Shown in pieces: positions 11,401 through 22,715 of a stretch of 64,000 bases of DNA. This DNA is from Botryllus schlosseri (lineage: Eukaryota). Under the pieces are notes generated by a model. That model saw only the letters and a program-made list of their open reading frames with translations. It ran no database searches and was not told the origin of the DNA. Numbering within the stretch: position 1 is the first letter of the stretch; every line of letters begins with the position of its first letter. Position numbers and translations under genes: made by a program. Where the stretch lies: assembly GCA_051294905.1 (NCBI GenBank), contig CM119372.1, positions 12,154,001 to 12,218,000 of the forward strand. The letters run 5' to 3'.

Positions 11401-14337
11401 TTGTGACCGGATGGAAATCGGAGAGTGTTACTATGAAACCAATCCAAAGTTTGAAGAAATCCAGCAAGCTGAAAAATGGATGAGTGATGAGATGATGACT
11501 AAGTTGACACCAGAAATTCTCGGGAAAAGGTCTGCATTTGCTACCTTCATGCACAATGCCGTTCCAAATTCATTCCCAATTTTTTTACCCAGACCCAACA
11601 CCTACACTCTCACCAAGGCGATCGGAGAGGAGATTGTATTCAAGGAGAGCGGCGACTTGCCTGTCGTGATTTTAAGACCAAGCATTGTCGGCGCTGTTTG
11701 GAACGACCCTATTCCTGTAGGATTGTCTTAACCAGCACCTGCCAGCGATTTTCGGATTCGATTGCATGTATTTTCCGACAGGGATGGATTACCACGTTAA
11801 ACGGACCAACCGGTGTGATTGTTGCTTGCGGAAAGGGAATTCTTCAAAATATGAGAGCAAAGGAGGGACTTGTTCTTGATGTCATACCTGTGGATTTTAC
11901 GGCGAGCTGTGCGATAGCGGCCGCTTGGAAACGAGGGACAGAGTTTTTGCGGGATAAACACACTCCCGGGTTGACGGTTAATATCGGTGCATCTTTGAGC
12001 GATTACAGTGGTAATTTCATAAGTTGTTGGAATTTTTTGGAGACGGGATTGCCCAAAATTGCTACTTTTAGATTCGGCTGCTGAAAGTGACGCTAAAATC
12101 CGAACGGACATACCAGTGTACAACCTGACAACGGGGACTTACAATCCAAACGATTTGGACGCATGGCGTAAGCCTTGTTTTCCTATCAACGATATACGCG
12201 GAAAATATTAACGAGATATTTTATAACAGAAAAGAGCATGACCTATTGGTTCGACAGCTACCCATTCAACGGGGCGTTCAGAAAACCTTTCTTTCAACTA
12301 ACCAATAACAAGTAAGTTCCTATTATTGCATGGTTGACATTTCTGGTTGGATATTGCTTTCAGGACTACATTCATTGTAATATATTCAACTTCAAGACTT
12401 CGTCTGCCCCTTATCAAGAGCTGGCAGCAATAACAAACATAAACGTGGATTCAAATGAAAATCAATTTGACATAGTATGAAGTAATAATGGAATTTTTAA
12501 AATTACGCAAGACAAAATCAGCTGTATCGGTAATTATGCAGTAAACAAAACAAAAACGTGTGATAATCAAATTATTATTCAAGTCACGGAAAAACTTTAA
12601 ACAGACACATATCAGTACGGTATATTTTAGGATTTCCAATCGTTCGGGAGCAACCATCAGTAGTTTGAAGAATTACAATTATACCATAAAATCATTAAAT
12701 ATTTTTTCTCATTAAGATTGTAACCGAATTGAATTTTCAAAATATATATTTTTTTACTTCCTGCGTCTGGATAATTTTATTGTTATCCTTGCAAGTTGGT
12801 TGCATCTTGCATGCTCTGTGCTTGGAATAATTAAAATTTGTATTGATCTATATGCTGTTGGACTTATTCTTGTCAGCGTTATAAAGCACCTTGTAGCGTA
12901 GTTATGCAATTCATGTCATTTCCCCTGCATTAGGCTCTCCCTTGCTTTTCATGACTATAACAAACCAAAATTATCCGTCTCGCCTCGCTGCTTTCTTCTG
13001 TGCACATGATATTGTTTTTCTATTTCAGTTACACGCAGCGATTTTTGATGTTCATGTACCATTATTTACCCGCGTACATTTTCGATATATTTCTGCGGAT
13101 GATGGGGCGAAGACCACGGTATTGACTTGCATTCCTGTCTATTTCGTATTATGATAGATACATTGAGCTTTGAGCAGAATAATTTTCGCAATTTCAGGCT
13201 CACACGGCTGACGAAAAAGGTGGATTCTGCGCTCGATGTGTTGCAATACTTTTTAAACAATACCTTCAGATGGGAGAATCGCAATATGATGGCTCTGTTG
13301 CAACACATGTCCGCAAAAGACAGAGAGGTAACCAATTGAGATTCATCATTCCTGTAATGAGCAGGCAGCAGAAACAAAAGGCCTTTTGCATTGATGAATC
13401 TCACCGATATATCTTGGCACTATGTTAGGGCCGAGTGTAACAGTTTCTGATCTCAGGGTTCACAACGTCCCTGACCGTCACTAATGAAAGGGTTTTAATT
13501 TCTCTATAAATTATTATATTAATATGTGTCTGTGAATGAGTAGCTAATAGCAGAGGTAATCGGTGTAGCTTTGTAACCATTGTAGTAGAAAGATCACATT
13601 GCAAGCTGGATATCTTGTTCCTAAATCTACTTCTAAGTTTACGAAGTACATCAAGAAAGTAATAATTTTGACTTCCGAACCGATTAGGGCAACTTGAATC
13701 ATTAGTGTTAGAGACTGGACTCGAGTATTTGCAAATACCGTTTTCTGCTGACGCCCTGGAATCAACACTACAATTATATTTCCACACCTTTCTTTCATAC
13801 AATTTGGTATTGTTGTCATTCATCTGTCTGAATTGCTCAAATATTGAGAAAGCAACATTTTTGTGCTGCGTTAACTCGCTTTTGCTAAACTGAGCTTATC
13901 TAGAGCATTTTAACGAATCTGATTTTGTGGCAGTGGCATTGACTTTTAATTGGTGCGCTTCCAGACTTTTGATTTTGACCCGAGAAACATCGACTGGCAT
14001 GATTACATGAAGTTATTCACACTTGGCACTAGGAAGCATATACTGAAGGACGATCCCGAAAGCTACCCGGCCGCCAGAAGACATCTGAAATTGTAAAAAA
14101 TATTTTCCAACTACGGGTGTGCTATTGCATTATTTCAATTGTGCTGTCTATTACAGATTGAGAATGATCAGCTACCTGTTTCACTCGATCACTTTTTTGG
14201 TGGTTTGGAGACTCCTTGTGGCTCCGACCGGAATCGCTCAGAACTTGTGGCGTTTAGTGGTGTCTCTATGCTTCAAATTTCTTAAATTCTTCCAAATCTC
14301 TAGCACTTTGCATAGAGGTAGCTTTTTTGGATCTTAA
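8430..14337 (+). CDS. FAR1: Fatty acyl-CoA reductase (FAR1/FAR2 family). Exons 8430-8621, 8959-9134, 11207-11301, 11391-11529, 11593-11716, 11782-12010, 12072-12167, 12230-12311, 13029-13118, 13198-13327, 13965-14092, 14157-14337.
   Basis: Rossmann motif TGGTGFVG, EKLLRSCPDV, HSAATLRFNE, VHLSTAYS, catalytic PNTYTLTK (YxxxK), RPSIV, DVIPVD, sterile-domain FDFDPRNIDW and a hydrophobic C-terminal tail. All splice phases are compatible. FAR1 versus FAR2 cannot be resolved. Confidence 0.92.
9186..10700 (-). mobile_element. Highly degenerate non-LTR retrotransposon (possibly RTE) remnant in FAR intron 2
   Basis: Minus-strand fragments such as ARKIERVRKDSGRKYIDKNRNGDIKSNSIRQLEWQ and a YDD-like word loosely resemble RT and C-terminal segments. 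Many stops; boundaries uncertain. Confidence 0.3.
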
Positions 14338-17132
14338 AATTTATTCCGACTGTACTAGCTACTACTATACTAGCTGCCTTTTCGATGTAGTGGTAATTTA
14401 GTGACTGTGAACCGGCATGTGGTGTTGCAATCATGTGAAGTTATTTTGATTGTGTATTTTAATGTGCTATGGTCATCATCCATTGAATGCAGATTCGATA
14501 CATACTTTACCTCTTTAGTATTCCAAATTATGTTGACTATTCGATTTCACTAACCTCGCAAGGAATATTGTGATAGTATGCTGCGTTTTGACTTTACTGG
14601 CAGTGTTGGCATGAGTTACCGAGGTTCTTCACCGGAAGTTTATTTTATATGATTGTTGATAGTGCTTCAATCTATTATGATAGGGATGGGAAAGCAATAG
14701 TATTGTCTTAGTAGCAGTTGTTACTGAATGTTCCACAGCCTTACTGCACATCGACGTCTCTTTCGCAAAAATTTTGTGACTATGTCATGTATACTTCTAT
14801 GCGAATAGGCCACTTTTTCCAACTTGAATTTTATGCAAGTCTTGCACACAGATAGCCAGAGGTGTCGAGAAAAGTACTTCTTTTGTCAAGTAGGTTGCCT
14901 TGACTTGAAATGTATTTATGTTCTAATTAGATAATTTTATCACATATACGTTTCAAGCTAAATTATTCATTGATAGGTGATATTCCAACTCGCGCTTTGC
15001 GATTTCTGAATTGACTATTTGTTTATAACTAGTAGTTGGATTTGGCCGGTTTGTGAAATTTTATGAGATAAGCGAACCGGTTATCATCACTTTAGAGACA
15101 AAAACCGACTGACAAAAAGTGGGAATTTGATCACTGTATATAACTAGCCAGAAGAGATCGGAAAGATAAATTTTCTCATTTCCTGATTATTCTCTTTGCG
15201 GCCCGCCTTGGAAATCGTTGATTCATGAACTGCAGTCTTTACTGGCGATATTTTGTTCACCTGCAAATATAGCTGGTGTGTGATTCGTAGGTAGGATTTT
15301 AGACTAATTAGGATTACTAGAACTATTGATTTGTACATAACCACGATGCAATATATATGCTGTAATTATTGATATTGAGCTGCCTATTGCTGCCTTGTAT
15401 GTGTCATGGTCGGCATGCATTCATACCTGATTGCATGGAGGGGATAGTTTATTCAGCACCATTGGATGAGTGGAAAGTAGCTGGAATATCGTCACTCAGT
15501 CAATGAAATTACTGTTTCATATTATGAAGATCGTCCCCCCTCCCACACAAAAAACGGGCCCATAACTAACAAACTGATGCAAAAGTCGGATGAGCACTTA
15601 ACAACGTTGTGTTTGATAATGATTTATGTGATGTTTCGTTTACAAGTGCTATATAAAAGGGAATTGTGTCTTTGGAAAAAGAAGTAGGCACGGAGCGGTA
15701 GGCGACCACGCTGCCGAGAGGCGAGTGGTACGAAATCCGAGACTATAGTTGAAAACCTCTGATCATTCAATGAACCGTCTAATGAAGGGTGAAGCTGCAA
15801 GATAAAATTCACTATAAATATACGAACGATATTACGCATTGACCATAAAAACTAGGATACACCAAAGAACATGAAACCTCTGTTCTTGGGGTATGCACGC
15901 TACACGGCATTAGGTTATCCTGACTCGACTGCAGAAAAGCAGCCGGGCCATAGTTCAATTACGGCACCGGCAACTATTTCGTTACTACTCGTTAGATCAA
16001 ATGCTGAGCGGCGTCTAGGAGGGGAATTACTGCCCAACACATCCAGCGAGAGTTCGGCTACTTACACATACACAATACACATGCCATTGCCATATTCATT
16101 CAGTCGCAGAAGATTCGCGAGCAGCGGACTCTGTTATGCGTGAACAACTAAAGATGACGAAACACTTGAAATGACTTATCCATTATGACATCATACAGAA
16201 TCGATGACAGCTTCGACCCTGGTCTCCGGTGAATTTCGCGTTTGAGGCAGCATCCTGTGGTCTATCGGTTTGCTGTTTATCATGTGTACTTCGTACCGGG
16301 TATGTACTGTACGTGACTGATACAGGCAGGAGTTCCTTAATTTCCTCGCCGTGCTCTGAATTGAAACTATAGTGTTGACAGCGATACTTGGCTACGGTGT
16401 ACCCCGAGAGGTCGCGGTAATAACGTAATGTGTTTTCGGTTCTGTGCTCATTGCCGCGCAAGCAATGGCCTACTGTGTCCCCATAACTGCCAAATCGACC
16501 CACAACATATGTGGACTCGGCAGTGACTGTACTGCAGACATCAGGTATAGTTCGGTGTATTAGCAATTTTACGTCTGATTGTAATGGTTCAATCATAACA
16601 GATAACATTCAGAATCGAATCCCTCAATTACTGCATATTACGTAACCCTTGTCGAAAATACTTCTTTTGAAGATCGCAACAATTTGTTTCAGTCGCGCGC
16701 GTTGCTATATGCGATCGTTGCTATTGTTAGATGCAATTTGTAAAGTTGAAGATCTGTAGGCCTACCCTACATATTTGTGATCGACTCTTAATTACGAATC
16801 TTCAGAATTTGGAACCATATTTATAGCCAGCCTTGTTGGGGAAGAAATGGAGAAAATATTGTTGAAAATTCTTTAAAATCTTTCAATTGCACCCAGAGTC
16901 ATTTCTCCAAATGATTTATCGACGGGCATTTAGAAGAATTTTATGACGATTGCTGGGACCTAAGTTTGGAAGTAGATGTCGTATTTTTTTCGTTCCGCTG
17001 ACTAAACACATTATGGCAGGCCTATTGAGTATTCAGTATTGCCTCATCGAATCGATATGTCAGCGTAGTGGGATAGGTAATCAGCATGGATTCATATTCA
17101 GTTATTTTATGATATTCTGTCGTAATTAAATA

Positions 17133-18569
17133 ATGGCATCAACTGCGCAACAAGTGAGGCCCACTGCCGTAACGAAAGCGGCAAGTTTCCAGGAAACAAA
17201 GCGTTATCTTGCGATCGCCCTTTCTAGCATTGCGTACTGTCGCGGTCTCTTCTCGGGCGAAGCTTATAGCGAACGAAGAATAGATTCCATGAAGGTATGG
17301 ATTCTCCGACGTAACAGCCCGGCAGACGGTTTTGTTACATGGCTGACAAGCGTCTATGATGCCCTGGAGAAGGAATATCTGAAGCAGCTTATGCTCGCCA
17401 TCACCTACAAAAGTCCAACGAGCGGGCAAGACATGTTAGAAACTTACACCTTCGGATTCTCCTACGAGGGAAGGCAAGTGATGACCGATGTCCAGCTGGG
17501 GAGTAATGGTGAACCTATCAGATCGACACCAATTACTGCCAAAGAAACCAAAGCATGCGCGCAAAAGTTCATCACAAAGCTTTCTGGGATCGCATCGTCC
17601 TTTGAAGAAATCGGCCCTACATTCTCCATGTCAATGCGATTGACTTACTATGATGATAAAACGCCCGCGGAATACCAACCTTTCGGATTTGAGGCGGGCG
17701 ATCTGGCTAACGGATTGGAAGCTACCAGCGACTCTGAAACTCATATCATCGGCACGATGCAGCAAGGATTTCACAGTACCAGTCTTGTGATTAGAAGGGG
17801 TCAGATTATAGCGGCGCCAACGCAGATTCCGGTGCCCGAGAAACAGCAAAACGATATGGATTGTCAACCGCAATCTCTACACGCTACTCCATTGCAATCG
17901 GGTACTCAGCAAATAATCCGTTGCCCCTGCGGATGTGACGAAATTGACGGTCACGTCATTCAATGTGGATCATGCTCACTGTGGCAGCATGCCGTGTGTT
18001 TTTGCGTATGCCTTGATAACGCACCCGAGATTCACACCTGCAACGCCTGTGCCGACCCGTCGATACCCAGCCTTTATCCTACGGATGCTACTCTTTGCGA
18101 ACTGAGTGAAAAACGCCTCCAAGAAATTTGCACCTGGCGTCGGGCTCTTGAAGCGTGTTTCGCTACCACCAGCATCACAGTCACGTCGTTGAGCGTGCGT
18201 CTTTCTTGCGAAAAAAAGTTGGCGAGGAAGATTGTCAATCAAATGACGCAGGAAGGAATCGTAACGACCAATAAAAATAGCAAAAGCAAGAAGGATATCA
18301 ACATGGCGAATCTTGAAAAGGCATTTTACCGAGACATCCAAAAACCGTCCGCTGACATGCGGCAGCAGGCTTTCGAGGCGAGGAAAAAACTGGCGTCGCC
18401 AGCATATTCTTCTGGATCGTTTCATTCCCAAAACGAGTGTGACAGAACGCCGGGGAATTGGGCAGAATCTCCGAGGCGAGCCAAAAGAAGACTGGGAATT
18501 AGTTCGCAGGAAAGCGATTTCAAAGTTCCCACATTGCCGAAGAGGGTCAAGTCTAACAAGCGTTGTTGA
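17133..18569 (+). CDS. HORMAD1: Meiotic HORMA-domain protein (HORMAD/Hop1 family) with PHD finger and winged-helix region; single-exon CDS, 478 aa
   Basis: HORMA motifs IAYCRGLF, VYDALEKEYL, ETYTFGFSY, MRLTYYDDKTPAEYQPFGF. C4HC3 PHD finger RCPC-x11-QCGSCSLWQHAVC...HTCNAC at about 17920-18050. Helical/wHTH segment WRRALEAC...LSVRLSCEKKLARKIVNQMTQEGIV. Basic tail SQES...PKRVK resembles a closure-motif tail. Confidence 0.9.
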   Translation: MASTAQQVRPTAVTKAASFQETKRYLAIALSSIAYCRGLFSGEAYSERRIDSMKVWILRRNSPADGFVTWLTSVYDALEKEYLKQLMLAITYKSPTSGQDMLETYTFGFSYEGRQVMTDVQLGSNGEPIRSTPITAKETKACAQKFITKLSGIASSFEEIGPTFSMSMRLTYYDDKTPAEYQPFGFEAGDLANGLEATSDSETHIIGTMQQGFHSTSLVIRRGQIIAAPTQIPVPEKQQNDMDCQPQSLHATPLQSGTQQIIRCPCGCDEIDGHVIQCGSCSLWQHAVCFCVCLDNAPEIHTCNACADPSIPSLYPTDATLCELSEKRLQEICTWRRALEACFATTSITVTSLSVRLSCEKKLARKIVNQMTQEGIVTTNKNSKSKKDINMANLEKAFYRDIQKPSADMRQQAFEARKKLASPAYSSGSFHSQNECDRTPGNWAESPRRAKRRLGISSQESDFKVPTLPKRVKSNKRC

Positions 18570-19205
18570 TATGACGTGGTCTTTCTGTTCTTCTTGAGTT
18601 ACGTTCTTCGTTTATTTGGAGATTTAGGATTTTTTTGGCATGGAGAATTTCCTTTGTATTAACGAGTCTCAGATCTCAGGTCAATGTCTCGATCCTGTTC
18701 CCGTGCCGTTATGTAACTCGCGACATCTCAACGCTAAATATTACAGGGACGCTGGCCGTTTGTATATCTAGTCTTCGTTAGGGATTTGCGTAACTCGTGA
18801 TTTTGTCATGATCCGTCGAGAGAGGCGTGTGTTGTCACATTGATATCATTGTCAAAATTTTTGCTAGCGTCATATCGCCACCGATTTTGTGATCTTTGAA
18901 CAGATATGCAGTATGTATAATTAATTTGAAGCAAATCTGTATATGGTTCTCTAACTTTAATTTCATTTCGCCCCACAACACGATCTTTTTGTATTATGTT
19001 CATTATTGTTCATTGATTACTCCTACCATATTATACACTTCAGATATTGCTGAGTGCTAAATAATAAAGTTATTGACACTACAGTTTCAGTACATTGAAT
19101 TTGACCTTGCAAGGGATTTGATACTAGGTTGGGAGCGAACTCGAATCGAACTCGATCCGAAGGCGAGATTGACATACGGTAGGGTCGTCTAATCGTACGT
19201 CCTGC

Positions 19206-19485
19206 GAGTGTTACCATATTTTGAGATCCGAGAAAAAGAAAACTTATTTTGACAAGAACATTAACAGAAATTTAGAAAGGATGTCTTTAAGAAAACTGGT
19301 GATTGCTCGTAGGTTGACTAAAAAAATACATTACAACCCATTTTGGACTTGTATTTTTGGGCTGTCTCTACGAACTCGCCTGGCAATTAATCAACGTAAT
19401 AAAAGAGGACGGAAGAATAGGACGTTTCGGTTTTCTTGAAATAAGAGGACAAATATTCTTAAAAGAGGACATCTGGTAAGTCCTA
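19206..19485. mobile_element. Degenerate Blackjack-like hAT MITE
   Basis: Ends GAGTGTTACCATATTTTGAGATCCGA and GAGGACATCTGGTAAGTCCTA are the reverse complement of the termini of the element at 41822-42775. Confidence 0.6.
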
Positions 19486-19685
19486 CCATAAATCAGTCCC
19501 CCCCCCCCCCCCCCCGAGCACTGACACCGTCTGCTTACAACAATTGTAGGATTGTTGACGTCATTGCCCGAAGCCCGATATAATTATTAGCCCTATGGCT
19601 GTCTCCTTAGAAATATATCGGTATCGCCCTTTTCAATGACGTCACCACTACTAATAATTTGCTCCAAGTATGGGTTGCATTTAAA

Positions 19686-19830
19686 TCATCATCATCATCA
19701 TCATCATTGGTTTATTAGCAATTTTATCGGTTCAATACCCCACAAAATGCGATACAATGAAAAGATATAGGAAAGTGTCGAAGCGACTTGGAGCAGTCTA
19801 TTGAATCATACACCCAACACCCAACATGTT
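19686..19830 (-). mobile_element. 3' end of a LINE/SINE family with a (TGA)n tail
   Basis: Minus strand ends ...AAAATTGCTAATAAACCAATGATGATGATG. The same sequence recurs at 20440-20600, 42207-42475 and 53424-54880. Confidence 0.7.
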
Positions 19831-20439
19831 TAATACAAGGGCCTTGTTTAAAACATGTTTTGCTATATTTTTTTCGAGCCATGACGTGTAGAATATTCTA
19901 TTGTGACGTCATCGTGGATTGACATTGACAATTGAAAATATAGAGTAATAGGTCCATTGACGAAACATCTACGTACTATAGCTGTTGAACCCACTATTCG
20001 AGGGTTCCAACCATCCCATACGGTATAGCCTATACCTCGGCTATACCGGATGGTAATCGTCCGTATGCTCATATTGCTCATACAGCATGTTTTTCGCAAA
20101 GTATTTACACAGTTATGGTATAATTATACAACTTAAAATAACACAATTTTCTTTAAATGCCTTTGTTTAAAACATGTTTTAATCAAAGCGTTTTGTGGTG
20201 TTAAATGCAACCCTAGTTTCAAGCGAGAACTGTGGGATTGATTTACCGAGAGTCATAGGAGTGCACTCATAAGTGAAAATGAGTAGATTGTGTTTCCTGA
20301 AAGTGCAATTATACCATAGTCAGAGGTGGTCAAAGTAGTTAAGAAAGCTAAAATCTACTCAAGTACGAGTAGAAATATTCCTATTAAAAGTATCTTGAAA
20401 CTACTTCAAGCAGAAGTAGCGACGCTAAAATCTACTCTT

Positions 20440-20600
20440 TGTTGGTTTATTCGAAATTTTATCAGTTCCATACACCACAAAAATGCGACACAATGAAAAG
20501 ATAGGAATGTGTCGAAGCGACTTGGACAAGTCTATGGAATCAGACACCCACCTTGGCCCAGGCGATGTAAAGAGGAGGCACACTGAACTGATTGAAAGAC
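20440..20600 (-). mobile_element. Copy of the same retroposon 3' end
   Basis: TGGTTTATT...TTTTATCAGTTCCATACACCAC...GACACCCACCTTGGCCCAGGCGATGTAAAGAGGAGGCA is shared with the other copies. Confidence 0.7.
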
Positions 20601-20939
20601 TACTGCAAGTAATGTCCACGGTCCATTCCTTAGTATATTTTCACTGTACCGCAATCTTGAGGTGTTTTCAATATTTGAAATTATTTGGAAACCGATATTT
20701 TCCAAAAGTGGTGTATTCGAAGTCTATGGGCAATGGACCAATCCAATGAAGTGTGACATTTGACGCCATTCAGTGGTCGTCATGTCGCCGCGATTTGTTT
20801 GCATGTTTATCGAGTAGAATTTGTGAAACTGTCGTTACTGCCACCAGAATCCGTATCATTTTACCCTTTCCATCAATTAAAGATGCCATAAGAATTGCAC
20901 CAAAGTGAAAAGGAAGAAACGAGTTGAACTGACTTGGTG

Positions 20940-22715
20940 CTACAGGGTTGGTGCGATGACATGCAAAATAAGGTCAAAAACATGCAAAATAAGGTCAGTC
21001 GCGACATGCAAAATAAGGTCAGTCACATGCAAAATAAGGTCAGTCGCGACATGCAAAATAAGGTCAGTCCGCGCATAAATCCAAATCTATACTTCAATTA
21101 CAAATCCAACTTTTTTCTTATGAAAAATAAATTCAACATATCTTTCCTGTATAGCAGCCTACTTTCAACATTGAAATTCCTTATCTATATCCTAAATCCT
21201 AAGATGTTTCAATCAAAAGATAATCATGATTATCTTGATTACGAAGTCAGTCGCATGTAGAATATTATTATCAGTCCGCGCATAAATCCAAATCCACAGT
21301 TCAATTACAAATCCAATTCTTTATTTTTATGAAAAATAAATTCAAAATATCTTTCCTATATAGTAATTTCATGTTCGAGATTCCTTATCTATATCCTAAA
21401 TCTGAAGATGTTTCAACAAAATGTAATCAGACGATTATTACGATTACGGGGTGAGTCGCATATAGAATATTAACAGTCCGCGTATAAATCCAAATATTTA
21501 CTTCAAATCCTACTTTTTTCTTATGCCACTGACCTTATTCTGCAATCTGCATGTCGCGACTGACCCTATTTCGCATGCCACTGACCTTATTTTGCATGAG
21601 ACTGACCTTATTTTGCATGTCGCGACTGACCTTATTTTGCATGCGGCTGACCTTATTTTGCATGTGACTGACCTTATTTTGCATGTCGCGACTGACCTTA
21701 TTTTGCATGTGACTGACCTTATTTTGCATGTGACTGACCTTATTTTGCATGTGACTGACCTTATTCTGCATGTTGCGACTGATCTTATTTTGCATGTGAC
21801 TGACCTTATTCTACGGGGTTGGTGCGATGACATGCAAAATAAGGTCAAAAACATGCAAAATAAGGTCAGTCGCGACATGCAAAATAAGGTCAGTCACATG
21901 CAAAATAAGGTCAGTGGCGACATGCAAAATAAGGTCAGTGGCGACATGCAAAATAAGGTCAGTCACATGCAAAATAAGGTCAGTCACATGCAAAATAAGG
22001 TCAGTGGCGACATGCAAAATAAGGTCAGTCACATGCAGAATAAGGTCAGTCACATGCAAAATAAGGTCAGTCGCATGCAAAATAAGGTCAGTCGCTAGCA
22101 AAATAATCTATAAGGTCAGTGGCGCAAAGAAAAAAGTTGGATTTGAATTAAATATTTGGATTTATACACGGACTGTTAATATTCTAGATGCGACCAATCA
22201 CCTCGTAATGGTAATAATCGTCTGATTATATTTTGTTGAAACATCTTCAGCTTTAGGATATAGATAAGGAATCTCGAACATGAAATTACTATATAGGAAA
22301 GATATTTTAAATTTATTTTTGATAAGAGAAAGATTTGGATTTGTAATTGAAATATGGATTTGGATTTATGCGCGTACTGATAATAATATTCTTCATGCGA
22401 CTGACTTTCATAATCAAGATAATCATGATTATCTTTTGATTGAAACATCTTAAGACTTAGGATATAGATAAGGAATTTTACTGTTGAAAGTAGGCTACTA
22501 TATACAGGAAAGATATTTTGAATTTCGTTCTCATAAGAAAAGGAGTTGGATTTGGAATTGAAGTATAGATTTGGATTTATGCGCGGACTGACCTTATTTT
22601 GCATGTCGCGACTGACCTTATTTTGCATGTGACTGACCTTATTTTGCATGTCGCGACTGACCTTATTTTGCATGTGACTGACCTTATTTTGCATGTCATT
22701 GCACCAACCCTCCTC
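20940..22715. mobile_element. Composite foldback-type element built of 21/24-nt tandem repeats in inverted arrays around AT-rich cores
   Basis: About 35 units of CATGCAAAATAAGGTCAGT(CA/CGCGA) in four arrays (forward 20960-21070, reverse 21525-21810, forward 21831-22100, reverse 22585-22700). Terminal AGGGTTGGTGC(G/A)ATGAC inverted at both ends. 8-bp direct repeat ACTTGGTG at 20932-20939 and 22716-22723. Confidence 0.85.

Noticed and set aside
17133..18569. Bacterial CBASS-type HORMA protein or contamination
   Set aside because: The sequence follows the meiotic HORMAD pattern and has a eukaryotic PHD finger. No CD-NTase or TRIP13-like neighbours, and the flanks carry host repeats.
19498..19515. 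Poly-C run, and microsatellites at 48781 and 49394
   Set aside because: Simple repeats or retroposon tails with no further structure.
21525..22100. CRISPR-like array
   Set aside because: Units are contiguous with no unique spacers, there are no cas genes, and the context is eukaryotic.
20934..22694. Repetitive ORFs (MQNKVSH..., TDLILHV..., CKIRSV...) on both strands
   Set aside because: They are by-products of 21/24-nt stop-free repeat units, open in several frames at once, with no gene structure.
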